Positions 35,535 to 48,925 of a stretch of DNA of 64,000 nucleotides are shown in pieces. The notes below the pieces were generated by a model that saw only the letters and a program-made list of their open reading frames with translations, ran no database searches and was not told the origin of the DNA. The number at the start of each line of letters is the position of its first letter. Positions within the stretch are counted from its first letter, which is position 1. Both the position numbers and the translations under genes were made by a program. Origin of the DNA: Tubiluchus corallicola (Eukaryota > Animalia > Priapulida); assembly GCA_030141605.1 (NCBI GenBank), contig JAQGDQ010000088.1:434001-498000 (forward strand). The letters are read 5' to 3'.

Positions 35535-37217
35535 CTACGACAAAGTGGAACTCGAAGATTCGTCTGAGGCTTGACCAGACGATACTGACGAAGAAGAATC
35601 ATATCTTCTCTTCTTATTTACTGGTCCAGAAACAGACGATGAAGAACTACTACTTTCAGAAGAGGAACTCTTTCTGCGACTTTCTTTACTACGTAATTTC
35701 TTTGCAGAATGGATTAATTTTTGTACTTTTTCAGGTGATTTACGATGACGCTTATGCTGTGGTGAATGTAATTGATTTGCTTTCAGCTGTATAGATTCAT
35801 TCGTCCTTAGTGAATGCCGTTCTGGTTCATTATTCGATGATGATGGTGAACATTTATATTTTCCCTTTCTAGCATAATGTTGCCTATCCTCTGCATCAGA
35901 TACCTTTTGTCTTTCCTTCTCGTTTTTCTTTCTAAAAGGTGAAAGAGGCTTAGAATGTGACAGCCTAGACTTTTCACGTTTAGCATTTGACACTCTTGCT
36001 GAATTACCCTTTGTTAAGCATTTTCTTGAAGAGGGCAACATTGAACTACTGGAAGATCTATGTTGCTTGTGCTTATGCACTTGTTTTCTTTTACGTTCAC
36101 TACTACCAGAAGATGCAGATGTCCTTGACTTGCTAGATGAGCCACGCCGGCTATGTCTTTCTTTTCTTTTACGTTCTGTTGATGGCGAAGATGACCTACG
36201 TTCATTAGAAGAGCTTCGACGTCTTCTTGCTTCTGGTCTTTTGTACTGTCTTGAAGGGGAGGATGATTTAGAATGGTCAGATGAGGTATGTCGTCTGTGG
36301 GATTCTTTTCTTTGCCTTGATTCGCCTCTGTTATGCCTTTTCTGTTTTTGTATATCAGGCGACCATGACAAACTTTCTTTCCCTAATTTTTGCTTTCTAT
36401 GCGAGGAGATCTGTGCACTATTTGGCATGTCAGCAAAACGCTTACCTAATGACGATGATTCAGCAAATCTTCCCTTAGAGCGATTAGTTCTATTAACATC
36501 ATCACTGCACGAACGTGATCTACTTTTTCTTGCCAAATATCTTTTATCTTTCTTCTGTTTTTTCATAGATGGCTCTTTGCTTGATGGTTTTCTGTGTTCT
36601 CCTAAAGGTGGTAACTCTTTTTGTCTATCTTTTTCTTTTTTCTTTTTCTTTTTAGATAATTTATTGGGAGAAGGTGATCGACTCGGACTGTGAATTAGCT
36701 GATATTTCTTTTCGTTTTCTGCTTTTTCTGCTGCTGCTTCACGTTCTTTATGTTTTGGATCAAAACTACTACCTTCCACAAAATATTTGCTAATTCCAAA
36801 AGCTTCTCTAAGCCGTGCATTCTTTTCTTGGTTTGCTTCGGCTAGTTGATGAGTTTCTGTTGGGGCAACACGCTTGTGATCTGTCTTCTCGCTGCTTATT
36901 TCTTTTAGAACTTCTTCCTGCTCTGCAAGCATTTCTCTAAATGCAGCTACTTTCATCTCAATTTCTTCTGGCGAGTATCCCTGCTCTTCCATCAGATCTT
37001 GAAGTTCCACAACACGCAGTTCAACGCGGCGCTTTTTTTCATGATCTAATATGGCGGGGTTGGGTTGCTTTGCTAGCATAGAATCCAATTTCTTCAGTTC
37101 CTCTTCACTTTTGTAATCAACTCTTTCCTTACGGTTTCTTACAGCTGATAGATTTCGTTGCACATATCCACTCGTACCACTGCCTCTTGGTGTCGTCAAT
37201 CCAATACCATTATACAT
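35535..37217 (-). CDS. SRRM2: SRRM2/Cwc21-like serine/arginine repetitive matrix splicing factor, 560 aa, single coding exon
   Basis: Diagnostic N-terminus MYNGIGLTTPRGSGTSGYVQRNL, cwf21 domain (ILDHEKKRRVELRVVELQDLMEEQGY), ETHQLAE...NARLREAFGI, and an R/S/K-rich tail. Acceptor TTTTTTACAG lies 18 nt upstream of the ATG (exon starts 37235). Confidence 0.93.
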   Translation of the reverse strand: MYNGIGLTTPRGSGTSGYVQRNLSAVRNRKERVDYKSEEELKKLDSMLAKQPNPAILDHEKKRRVELRVVELQDLMEEQGYSPEEIEMKVAAFREMLAEQEEVLKEISSEKTDHKRVAPTETHQLAEANQEKNARLREAFGISKYFVEGSSFDPKHKEREAAAEKAENEKKYQLIHSPSRSPSPNKLSKKKKKKEKDRQKELPPLGEHRKPSSKEPSMKKQKKDKRYLARKSRSRSCSDDVNRTNRSKGRFAESSSLGKRFADMPNSAQISSHRKQKLGKESLSWSPDIQKQKRHNRGESRQRKESHRRHTSSDHSKSSSPSRQYKRPEARRRRSSSNERRSSSPSTERKRKERHSRRGSSSKSRTSASSGSSERKRKQVHKHKQHRSSSSSMLPSSRKCLTKGNSARVSNAKREKSRLSHSKPLSPFRKKNEKERQKVSDAEDRQHYARKGKYKCSPSSSNNEPERHSLRTNESIQLKANQLHSPQHKRHRKSPEKVQKLIHSAKKLRSKESRRKSSSSESSSSSSSVSGPVNKKRRYDSSSSVSSGQASDESSSSTLS

Positions 37218-37799
37218 GACTTTTTGTTAGACTTACTGTAAAAAAATATAAAAATAATAATAAAAATGTAAATAAAATACTGACATACCAAAATGAAATA
37301 GCTTAAATTTGGTTCAAAAAAGACTGAAAACAAGTGACAAAAAATATAGATAATCTATTAAATTTCATGCAGGATTGAATTTTGTACAATCCATCTTTGT
37401 GTGACATTAAATCCTTTGCCTACTAAATGTTTCTATAAAAATTATTACGTTATATACTTGTTACACCATGCACTGAAATGACACTACCCGTAGAGCAATG
37501 AGGTTCGAAATCTTTCTGCTTAGATAAAAACATTTTATATTTGCAAATTACTCTGATACATTTGATCATTCTTCTGCACCAGAGTTGTTACGCAACAAGT
37601 AATAACATTGCCGAATGAATAAATACCTCCCTCATTACTGTATAAGAGGTACCTTTCAATTATTTTTGTGATATGATAATGAGTGGCTTCCAACCAATTG
37701 CTGACTATTGCCAGTACTTGAATTCTCAGTCAGTGGCCAAATAGAGACAAATGGTCACTGAGAAGTGAAAGCTTAATAGACGAGTGTAAATTAAAGTTG

Positions 37800-39520
37800 T
37801 TAATCTAAACAGAATGAAGAATTTAAGTTAACGATTATTAACATATAGAAAAAGTTGTCAGACAAAATAGACATTAAAATTGATAGGCTTTTAAAGCAGA
37901 TGCTGATGGAATCAAAAAGAGCCAGGCTCCTTTGCCTAAATCAGCAGAAAGAATTAAAGAAGAGGTAAACGCGATGGACTCAGTCAATAAAAACTTGTCA
38001 ATTATTCCTTGGTGGAACAGTCGGTATCTGAATTACGTAACGGTGTCCAAAGCACGCATCATGCAGCGCCTATTTCAGGGGGGAAGTGGGGATACTTCCC
38101 CATGGGCCTCACCCTCCAGGGGGGTCTCGCGCCGAGGTAACATTTTTTTTTTTGCTTTATGCGAACATACTGTATAACTCCATATTTTCTCTTCAAAAAT
38201 GAAATGCTCTCCGGCACTCTAGCAGTTCAAAAATTTTCTGGCCGCCAACCATGGTGGCGCCCGACCCCCCGCGCTTTGCACCCCCCCCCCCGAGGAGGCC
38301 TCACACGCCCCACTTCCCCGGTCCCACTGAAATAGGCCCTGCATGCATGATATGGTGACTGATCAACGCGAAAGAGACGGGCGTAAAAACAACATATTTG
38401 AAATATTTTTTATGAAATACAACTTAGAAGAATGCAAGGCGAAACACGGCAACGAGTGTTAAGAAAATGTTGTGGACTATTGAAAATTTTATCTTAAAAC
38501 AAAGACACGCGAAAAACTGAAAGGACTGGCAAGAAGGAAGACGATATCAGAACATTATTCAATTCCAACGAAAGCATTTATGAATTCTTTTCATTGTTTT
38601 AAGTATAGAGGGGTCCTGGAGGGAATAGCTATTCAACCTGATTTCACCAAGCAGTAGCACGAAGAAAAAACAGCAGTTAAAAGATTATCCGACCGATAAA
38701 AAAGTGGAAAATAAACTAAGCAAAAGTCAATCTACAAACAAAAACACCAACATAAATAGAAAATGGCACCAAGGTCTCGAAAATTTAGTGGTAACTACAA
38801 AAGGTCTAAGTCTGCAACATATAATAGGAATTTATCCAAAATTAGAAGCGTTGTTGATTGCAATTTAAAAGTATTTTATACTAAAGCCGATCAGTTATTT
38901 AATAAAATAGACAAACTCTGTGTTATAATTGCCAGCAAAATTAAAAAACTTCGTTTATTAGCTATTTCACACATTAAATACAAAATTCAATCATGTCCAT
39001 TTGTAGTTGATGAACTGATTATTGCAGAGTAGGGCCGCTGCACACTATCTAAATGAAGGTAGAAGTGTTCACATTTACACTCATAAGATGTTAGTTATTA
39101 AAAGTAAACATTTTGTAACTGCTTGTGAACTATATTTTATAAAGATTAAGTTGGCCTATGATGAAACACTTGGCTTCATGATTATGAATCCCGTCTTCTA
39201 CTAAAAAAGACAATGATTTTCTGTATCATTCATCAGACTGTTGTTATGTACATGTCATGAGTTTTTAATCTCCCTCATATTGATTAGTGGATAGAAGCTT
39301 CTAGTGAGAGATAATTTAGAGAATTGTTTTTTTAGTTTGCTTCTGCAAGAATGGACTTTTTCAACATGTAACTGATGCTACACAGTATACAGACCATCAA
39401 ATCCTGACAGTATTAGACTTAATTTTTACTGACAGTGCTACAAATGTATAGTACAGAAATTATTTAGCCCACCCAAGCAAGAGCTTACATTTGAATTACA
39501 ACTATAGACTCTCTAGAAAG
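37800..39520 (+). mobile_element. Decayed CR1/L2-like LINE (ORF1 remnant and AP-endonuclease start)
   Basis: LKVFYTKADQLFNKIDKL (endonuclease motif I) near 38865 and QHVTDAT...VLDLIFT at 39362-39430. Many stops. Boundaries approximate. Confidence 0.65.
38064..38341. mobile_element. GC-rich MITE (hAT-like) inserted in the LINE remnant
   Basis: TIRs CAGCGCCTATTTCAG..GGGGAAGTGGGG and CCCCACTTCCCC..CTGAAATAGGCCCTG. Flanks GCATCATG / CATGCATG look like a degenerate 8-bp TSD. Sharp GC contrast with surrounding DNA. Confidence 0.8.
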
Positions 39521-40799
39521 TGTCTTGAGTAATGTACAGTGGGAACAAGTGTACAAACAAAGACAAATTACTTGTACAGGATTCTTGGGCAAAATTTAAA
39601 GAAAAATATTCTGCTCAAGGTAGTTAATAAAATGCATAACCAGTTTCCACCACCACCATACAATGGGGCAAAAAACCAATGCACTTTCCTCAATTTTAGG
39701 CATTTGAAGCCTTTAATGGCCAAAAAAAAAGATCAGTAACTGTCCACTAAACAGTTTTGAACTGTTTTTTTATCATTGAGGACACAAAATTTGAGTCTTA
39801 ATTCAAAAATAGCAATTGTTTATTAATCAGTGAATTAAGTAATTTTCACTTACTAGGTTTCATACATTACCCAATATAAGTTTTGGCCTTTTCAACCCGT
39901 TTAATCACGAGGAATCAATGAGCAAATGAAGTACAGCAAGGTGGGCTATCTCCAATTTTCCATGTAATTACCATACAGTTAATACAAATTTTTAACATGT
40001 TGACATAGTTCTGCTAAAGACAATCATGCCAACTGATTAAAGCTAAATTTTGCACCTTTATTGCACCTAATTTTTCGAGTCTAAAGCAAAATAAATTACT
40101 ATGCAGTAAAATGAGTTAACTCGTTATTTTTGTGCAGAAACTTCTCAAGAAACGTTTTTTCTTGAAAAGTTGCAGGAAAAAATGAGTTGCAGCATGTTCA
40201 AGCACTATAGGTCTTTGTGCTAGTGACTTGTGATAAAATTTTTGATTAATTTTTTAAGAAGGCTTTAGTGATAATTCAAAGATGTGGCTGTTGCTCAGTT
40301 GAAAACTGTATGTATGCTATAAAACTATAAAATTGGATAGTTAAAAAGTGCTTTAAACGAAGTAGTTGAAAATGGCATCAAGCTGAAATTGCTATCTGCT
40401 GACGTGTCTTCGAACTTGTTGAAAGTCAAAAATTGATTAAAGACTTATGATAAAATATGCTTTTCCAAAAAAGGTTTTTGACTAACAAATAAAGTAGCCC
40501 AAGTTATTATGCAATCTTCAATAAGGTAAAATAAAATACAGAAATGAAAATTTAAATGATTACTGGTATACTGAATCAAAAGAGTAATTAATAAGAGGTT
40601 ACTTTAAATAAACTGAAGTAAAATAATTATTCTGGTGTTGTTCCACTAAAAGACTAACACAGACTTTCTTTATCCTACAGACCTATGCATGTAGTGTGTT
40701 CTAAAGTCTACAATATAAAACTAAACTTGTGACAGTCAGATGAGAAGACTCTGAAGTTAAAGTTCTGTAATTACTAATACTGTGATCATTAGAGTAATA

Positions 40800-43700
40800 A
40801 GTAGTTTTGTACAGCAATAATTGGCTATCCTCGGTGTGTAAACATGTTGACGTTATTGCTAGTCATAAAAAATTCTTGTAAAAGGTCTCAAGGATATCCG
40901 TAGTTATGATGTTTGATTTATTGTTTTGTCAATCACTTAAATTGAGTGAAGATACAAGTAGTGAATGAGGTGATGCTCCATTATCTGTAGATTTTGACGG
41001 TGAGGTATCCATGAATAGAAGTAACATAATTTTAGAAGGTGCTGAACTGTTATTAACAAAGCAGTAAGTGAAAAAGTGTACTTAAATAGTTTGGTAGTAT
41101 TTGATGAATTGACACTCGGGGGGTGGGGGGTGAATATTTAATTCAAAATATGCAAAAATAGCTACACAGAAGTAGAAATGATTGAGTGCTGTGACTGTTG
41201 TTGATTTTAAATACAGATGTGAAAGAAAGAAAGGTGAACTTGACAAAGCTCATGGGAATTACCAAAAGCTGGTAGATAGATATACAAATAAAACCAAAGA
41301 AAGTTATGATGGACAACATGAAGAACTACTAAAAGTGCAAAAAGAACTAACCGAGTTATAAGAGAAGTATAAAAGTAAGATTGAAGAAGTTTGTGATTGG
41401 AAGTAAACTATTGCTAATCTAAACTCTTATCTGGGACCAGTGCAAAATGTTCAGTTAAGTGATGAAAAAGTGGAAAATCAAACAAAAACTACTTATAGGA
41501 ATAGTGTTGCAAGTAATAATGACAGCCTAAATAGGCATAATGAAGGTAATCGCGGAGAAGATAAATATCAGTTGGTCAGAATAAGAGAAACGAAGTTATG
41601 TTGGAATTTTAAAAGAAGTGTGTATTGTAAGTACGAAGAAAAGTGTAATAGTGTAAATTTAGACATTACTTGCTAGAAGAAGAAGAAAGTTACTTTGAGC
41701 AAAGCAATAGAAATCAAGTAAAAAGTGGTTGGCATGACAAGTTTAACGACAGAAAGCCACTATGCTGGAATTTTGATAGAGGTACTGACCGTGCATACGG
41801 AAATAGATGTAAGTTTACACATGAATATACAGAGTATGAACTTTCAGTAACAAATAATAGAAGAAAAAGTCTACCAATACATACAGACGAAAAGAGTAGA
41901 AATAGATCTGCTTGGGATACACAGGAGAACAGTAGCAATAAATAATATGCACAAATGGCAATGCCTGAGGAGGCAAATGACTGCACTGGGTGTCCAGTGA
42001 GTGAATTAAATGAAGTTTCTAGAAAAGTGGACTTTTTACTGCAGAGAATCAATATCATAGAAGGAACACATCAAAACAAAGAAGCGACATGTTATACAGG
42101 TGAGTACCCAATAGATGCTGCGAAACAAAATGGGAATTATCTGCTAAGTCAAGGTTATTTAGTAAAAGGATAAAAAAGGGGAATCAGAAAAGATCTATAA
42201 GCGTAAAAATAAATACAAAAATTTTAATGTGTTTTATTCAAACTGTAGGTGTCTGAAATCAAAGCATGAATCTTCAATGGAAATAATAGAACAAGTTAAA
42301 CCAGCAGCAATTATGTTAGTTGAAACACATTTAAGTTAAAAGGAGCAAATTGATATTCTAGGACATTATGTATTTTATAATAATCGAACCAAAAGTAAAA
42401 GGGGGGGGGTTTTAGTCGCTATTAAAAAGGAGTTTAAAATAGTCACAATAAATGTGTCTTCTGAGACAGATTATGGGGAAACTTTGTGGATATTAATAAA
42501 CAATAATAGAATTACAATTAGATTGGGTTTAATATATGGACCTTGAGATTCATGAACTGATTGAAAAGTTATTTTAATATGTTTATCTTAGTCATCTGAG
42601 TACATCAAAGTTATCTTAGTATAAATATGTTTTAAATATGGATACTAAGACAAAAAAAAAACAAATAAGAACAGCAAAGTTAAATGGTGAAAAATTATTA
42701 ATAGTAGGGGATGTCAATACTAAGATGGATAACATCATAAAAGGTAACAAAGAGATAACTTTTGCTGGAAGTAAATTAAAGGAATAATTAGAAATAGAAA
42801 AATTAACATTGATTGATAATCATGAGAAAATAAATGGTTTATGGACTCGAATACAAGGTGATCAGAAATCTGTAATTGACTACGTAGTAGTTTTACAAAA
42901 TGGCATAAATGTAATTAACAAGGCATTAATTGATGAAGAGACAAAATACAAAGTATTTATACAGATCACAATTCAATAATAATAAATATGAATTGGGTGA
43001 AATTATATAAAGATCAAGAAAAACAAAAGGAGGCAATAATTAGATTAACCAATTGTAGTTTAAAAAAATTCACGAAGTAATGGAAAAAATGAAGTTGTCT
43101 CAAATGTGACAAAAACAGGGATGTACAAAGTCTCTATACAGAATGGCAACGAAATATTACAAATGTTACCGATCAGTGCTTTAAAAACACGAAAATTCAG
43201 AAAACACAGTTCTTAACTAAAACATAAAAACTTTAAGAAAACAGAAAAGAGCGATAAGAAAAGATATGATGTTAGAAAAAGTGTGAAGTGATGAATATTA
43301 AATCTTGAAAATATGTGAATAAAGAATTGGTGAAATGATTCATGAAAATGATCAATAAAGGTAATTTAATAGGATAAATAGCATTATATCTCACGAAAAA
43401 AAAGACGGTGGAATTAATACAAATGCCTTTTGGGAATTTAGGAGGAGAATTAAAATAAAAAAATTAGAAGACATAGTATCTATGAAAAATGATACCTATG
43501 CAATTTGCGAGAAACCGAAAGAAATACTGGATATTTTCTCGAATTACTATAAAAAGCTATTGAGGCCACATGAAGCTCAAACTAAGAAAAGAAAAGAGAT
43601 TGAGGAACAATAAACAAACAAATTTAAGAATTAGAAAATTATAGTAGAGGAAAAAGTGGAAGCTTCATAACGGAACAAGAAATCAAATACAGGAATTAAA

Positions 43701-45320
43701 ACGAAAAAACTCGAAAGATAGACAATGACTGGCGAAATGAAATGTTAATTGAAGGTGGAGAAGCTCTGATAAAAAGTCTACACTTAATGTGTAATGATAT
43801 GCAGCAAACTCACCAATTTCTGACTGATGCATGGAGGCTTATGACCATAAAGTCAATGTATAAAGGAAGCAGACCTAAGAATGAGAGGAAAAGTACAAGA
43901 CGGATATTTTTAACAAGTCTTATTAGCAAACTCTAAGAAAAAGCATTGCTCAGAAACATAAAGGCACAATTTATCAGAACTAAGTAATTTACAGTGTGGT
44001 GTAAATTATTTACATGGCTGATCATTTGTTTGTCATTAGAGCTCTACTGGATTATAACAGGTATCTGCATAACGATGTATATCTAGTTTAGGAAGACATT
44101 GAAAATGTTTTGATAAATTTTGGCTTACAGATTGCTTAAACGAACCGCTGATTATAAAAAAATGAGTTTAATATTTAATGAACTTAACAAAGAGGCATGA
44201 TAACTACTCCATTAGGCTGCACAAATGCAATAATTAGAGGTGAATCAGTCAGACAGGGAACGCATTTTGGTCCAATTTTTTGTAGTATATTAATGAACAA
44301 AGTTATAAATATTGCTACATATCCAAATACTATGCTTGGTCCAAATTTAGAAATTGGAACACTTCTATATGTTGACGACTTTTTGGGTATTTGATCTAGT
44401 GAAACAATAAAAAATGTAGTTGAGAATTTTAGAGAAATTGAGGAGTAAAAACGGGTAAAATTTAACATTCAAATAACTAAGTGCATGAAAACAAACATGA
44501 CCAAAAAAAGGAAACGACATTTGAAATAAAACAATCTGTTAAACATGTTGAAATTAGCAAGGCAGAAACATACAAGTATTGTTGTGACTGGATTACAATT
44601 AAAAACAGATATAATGTCATGTTTAACAAAAGAAAAGATAGAATGAAAGTAATGATAATGTACATAAATAATATTGGGTCAGAATCAAATACAGGCTAAA
44701 AATCAACAGAAGCTAGATTAATTGTCTACGAGACAATGGTGATACCTGCATTGTTATACAACAGTTAAACCTGGAGAAACCTAACAAATACAGAGTAGAA
44801 ATTCTTAAAAAGTATCCAGTGTAAGGCTCTAACAAAATTGTTGTGTCAGAAAAAAACAACCCCATAGTGGGGGGCATTTTAGCTCAAGTGTAAACTGCTG
44901 GCCAATTGAAAACAGAGTTGAGTACAAAAAGTTAATGTTTTATCATCATTAACTTTAATGAAAACTGATGATGATACAATGGAACAAAAAAACAAGGTTG
45001 TATGAACAATATTGGTATGATGAGGTTGTAAAAAATAGCTAATTATTATGAAATAAACAGTAATGATATGGAACAAGTAAATAAGAACGAGAAGTCTGAA
45101 TGGAAAAATATGGTTAAAAATAAAGTATCAAAAAGGGTAGCAAAGGAGTTCAGAGCAAACCGCAATAAAATGACCAAATTGAGATTTCTCAAACATAATG
45201 AATAATGAATTTAACAAGCAAAATAATATCTCTGAATTAGGTGTGAATAAGGTGAGTAACTATGTGAAAACTAAATTAAATGTGTTGGAATTGAAGTGTA
45301 ACTTTAAAATGTGTCCTAAT
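40800..45320 (+). mobile_element. Near full-length but dead non-LTR retrotransposon (ORF1 with CCCH fingers; ORF2 APE plus RT)
   Basis: ORF1 has a coiled-coil-like stretch plus LCWNFKRSVYCKYEEKC and LCWNFDRGTDRAYGNRCKFTH. APE motifs: VFYSNCR, MLVETHL, GGGVLVAIK, IVGDVN, KSVIDYV, TDHNSI. RT motifs: VRQGTHFGP, LLYVDDFL. Numerous stops and frameshifts. Confidence 0.9.
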
Positions 45321-45940
45321 TAACAATAGTCTAGCTAAGAAATGTAGTCACTAGCCTAAGTGAACGTTAATGACTGCTAATCATAGGAACTCGTGACATT
45401 AGTTCACTTAAAAGTAAACTTATTTACCTTTAGTTATAATCGGTATAAAATGAATAGCATTAAATAAAAAAATAATGCACATAACACAACAGATTTACAA
45501 AGATTATTATAATTAGTTACGAAAATCGTTCATTACTCGTTTGTTACACCAACAGAACTGACGTTATCGTGCGAAAATAAAAACAGGGATGCTGGTCAAC
45601 CCGAATGATGGAATAATTTTAGCCTCTCATTGTTTTCGCTTTGACTATGGTTTCGACAAAGTTGCTTATTAAAGCCAAAGTGACGTTAACGACTCGCTCT
45701 CCATTAAATAATTTTGAACTGCTCCTTGCTGGAATACCATCTTGACAAAAATGTCAATTTTCAAAATTGAATAGTAATAATAGCAGATTGAAAAAATTGG
45801 TTGCTATTCATTTCTAGCCAATTGCACTAGCTGCAAACTTTTAACAATACTATACCTGTACTGGAATTTGCACATTAGGAATGTAAAAATAAAAAAATAC
45901 ATTGAATGGCAAAACGAAATTAAGCATTAAAACAAACTAA

Positions 45941-46013
45941 AACGTGGAATTAAGCATGCAATTTAGGTGTGTATATGCAATACACACCTAAATTGCATAC
46001 TTAATTCCACGTT
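45941..46013. repeat. Near-perfect hairpin/palindrome (34-bp arms, 5-nt loop)
   Basis: AACGTGGAATTAAGCATGCAATTTAGGTGTGTAT-ATGCA-ATACACACCTAAATTGCATACTTAATTCCACGTT; 33 of 34 positions pair. Confidence 0.95.
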
Positions 46014-46131
46014 ACACGTTACATTTTACACTGCCATACTGTCGTGATTAGGTATGAAGGTAGAACAAGCATGCAAAAAACCATTATCTTTCCACAAAGT
46101 ATTTGTCAAATAGGGAATTAAAGCTTACTAC

Positions 46132-46270
46132 AGTTGATGCGGAATCTCCCTTCAGGCAAATTATTACATTCGAATACCAGTCTCAATGAATGAACATTTA
46201 CGAATGTCACATCTCGACACTCGTAAATGTGACAATAGTTTGCCTGCCATGGTGATTATCGCATCTTTTA
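46132..46270. repeat. Degenerate foldback/MITE-like inverted repeat
   Basis: GATGCG..AATC..CAGGCAAATTATT pairs with AATAGTTTGCCTG..GATT..CGCATC. Inner stem ACATTTACGAATGTC / GACACTCGTAAATGT. Confidence 0.5.
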
Positions 46271-47456
46271 ACTATGTTCTCTTTAAAAGGCTTTTAACTA
46301 TGTCCTCTAGTTTTGGGAGCAGCAACTAAATTGAAGAAATTTTCAGGCAAAATGTGTTCTTTTCTAGTCAAAAGGAATTTTATAGATCTATTCACACAAT
46401 AACAGGAAATGGTTGTCAATAGTTTAATTAATCATATTTTATCACTAATCATAATAAATAGCACAGAGCAGCTCCTTAGTTTATGTGCATTTTTTCGATC
46501 TTTTCTGCACTTTTCCTTTTCTATACCTTTTCCCACCAACTTCAGATTGTTCTGAACAGCATGCATTGTTGTATATTGATCTAACCTTACTAATAACTGG
46601 CACAGATACAGAGTTATCCTTCAGTCAACTGCATTTTTGCTGCTGAAACTTAATTGTAATCCATCCCGTTTTGCTTTACAATTGGCAAAGATAGATTGTT
46701 TGGTTTAGATAGATGTAGCAACTGCGGCAGAATATGACAAAATTACACTGATTAATAATATTGCTAGGATGAGGTTAGATGAATGAGACTAGTGCAATAG
46801 TTATTTCCATATTGCTTTGTCTTGTTTTTTAGATATATCGTGTTAAATACATACTGACAATTGCACACTTTCTTAAAACTGTGTCTTTTTTGCAATTTTA
46901 TTTTAGGTACAGAAAATGTATAGTGAATTTTATTATTTCGTGTCACGGAGCTTTTTTATAAGCTCGTCCCCCTTTAATTCTAAGAGTTGATTATGCTCCT
47001 AGTGTGACCAACAAATACGACGTCACCTCAACAAATCAAAGCTACTTTCTTTTTGCTCGTTTCATGCTTTCTAGTTTAGACATTTTATAAATTTGTACTT
47101 ACATGTTTACTATTTGCAATAATTAATCATACCCAAGCTCATCAAAATCAGGTTTTGGTATGTGGTTTCTATTAAGAGTTTGCCTTTCCCTTGTGATCAG
47201 TTCAAAGACATGGATAATGTGATGAGTGCATTAATTGCCTCTACATGTTCACACTGAACAACCAGACTTAGTCTCAGACAGTTCTCTACACCAAACCCGG
47301 TATCAATACAATGACTTGATCATGACTAAATGCTATCTGTTCTGCACCGTATCTTTCCACTCAAAGCTCACTCCCATCTTTGAGACTTTTTCTATGAAAA
47401 ACTTGCTACTCAGCGCATTCAGAACTCAAGATTTGCAAACTTATTTCCTTCACAAG

Positions 47457-47861
47457 TAGGGGTGAGCATTCTCTCTCAGAAAGCAAATTCAAATCGAATT
47501 TGTGACTTTCGAATTTGAATCGAACCGAATTTCAGTATTTCGAATCTGAACCGAATTCGAATTTAATGTGAAAGATTTTCAAACAAGTTTTTGAACCACT
47601 AGTAGAAAGTTGCCTTACAAAGATCACTCATTGTATTTGATTTTGTTCTGCGGTATTCCATAAAACCACTAATAGATTATTAGAACAGAACAGAAACTGC
47701 AGCTAAATTGTGCTAATTACATGCTGTTTCAAACATTTTAATGATAAAGAACATGCATTACATAGCTTAAGTGCTGAACTATTCGAATCTATAACTTTAG
47801 GTTCGAATCGAATTTTAACTAAAAAAACTCTTCGAACTTGAATGATCAATACTTATCCCTA
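47457..47861. mobile_element. hAT-type MITE (405 bp) rich in TTCGAA subterminal repeats
   Basis: TIRs TAGGGGTGAGCATT and AATACTTATCCCTA. Perfect 8-bp TSD TTCACAAG at 47449-47456 and 47862-47869. Confidence 0.9.
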
Positions 47862-48199
47862 TTCACAAGTCATACTGCAAATGAAAACACTTCAAGGCCA
47901 CATTAGCTCATGCATCCTGATACGAATCTTCTTTGTCACAAGCACAGCAGTACTTGTAAACCGTCGTGGCATTGCCTGATGTGCAATACTGCATTCCAAA
48001 TGACCATTTGTTTCATTGAAACTTCATCATAAATTTCTATGTCGATGCCATGATACGGTGTGTAATAAGTTAGCACAGCGTTGTGCACACCCAGTACTTC
48101 GGACAAATGAGTTGCCACGAGAAGCAGCACTGTGGAAATTTGCACCTGGTTTACTGTAAATTTGCCTTTGTCATGCATACTTTTCTATACAAATTTGCT

Positions 48200-48925
<726 letters not shown>

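Noticed and set aside
36067-36693. 208-aa + strand ORF
   Set aside because: Antisense shadow of the low-complexity R/S/K-rich SRRM2-like CDS.
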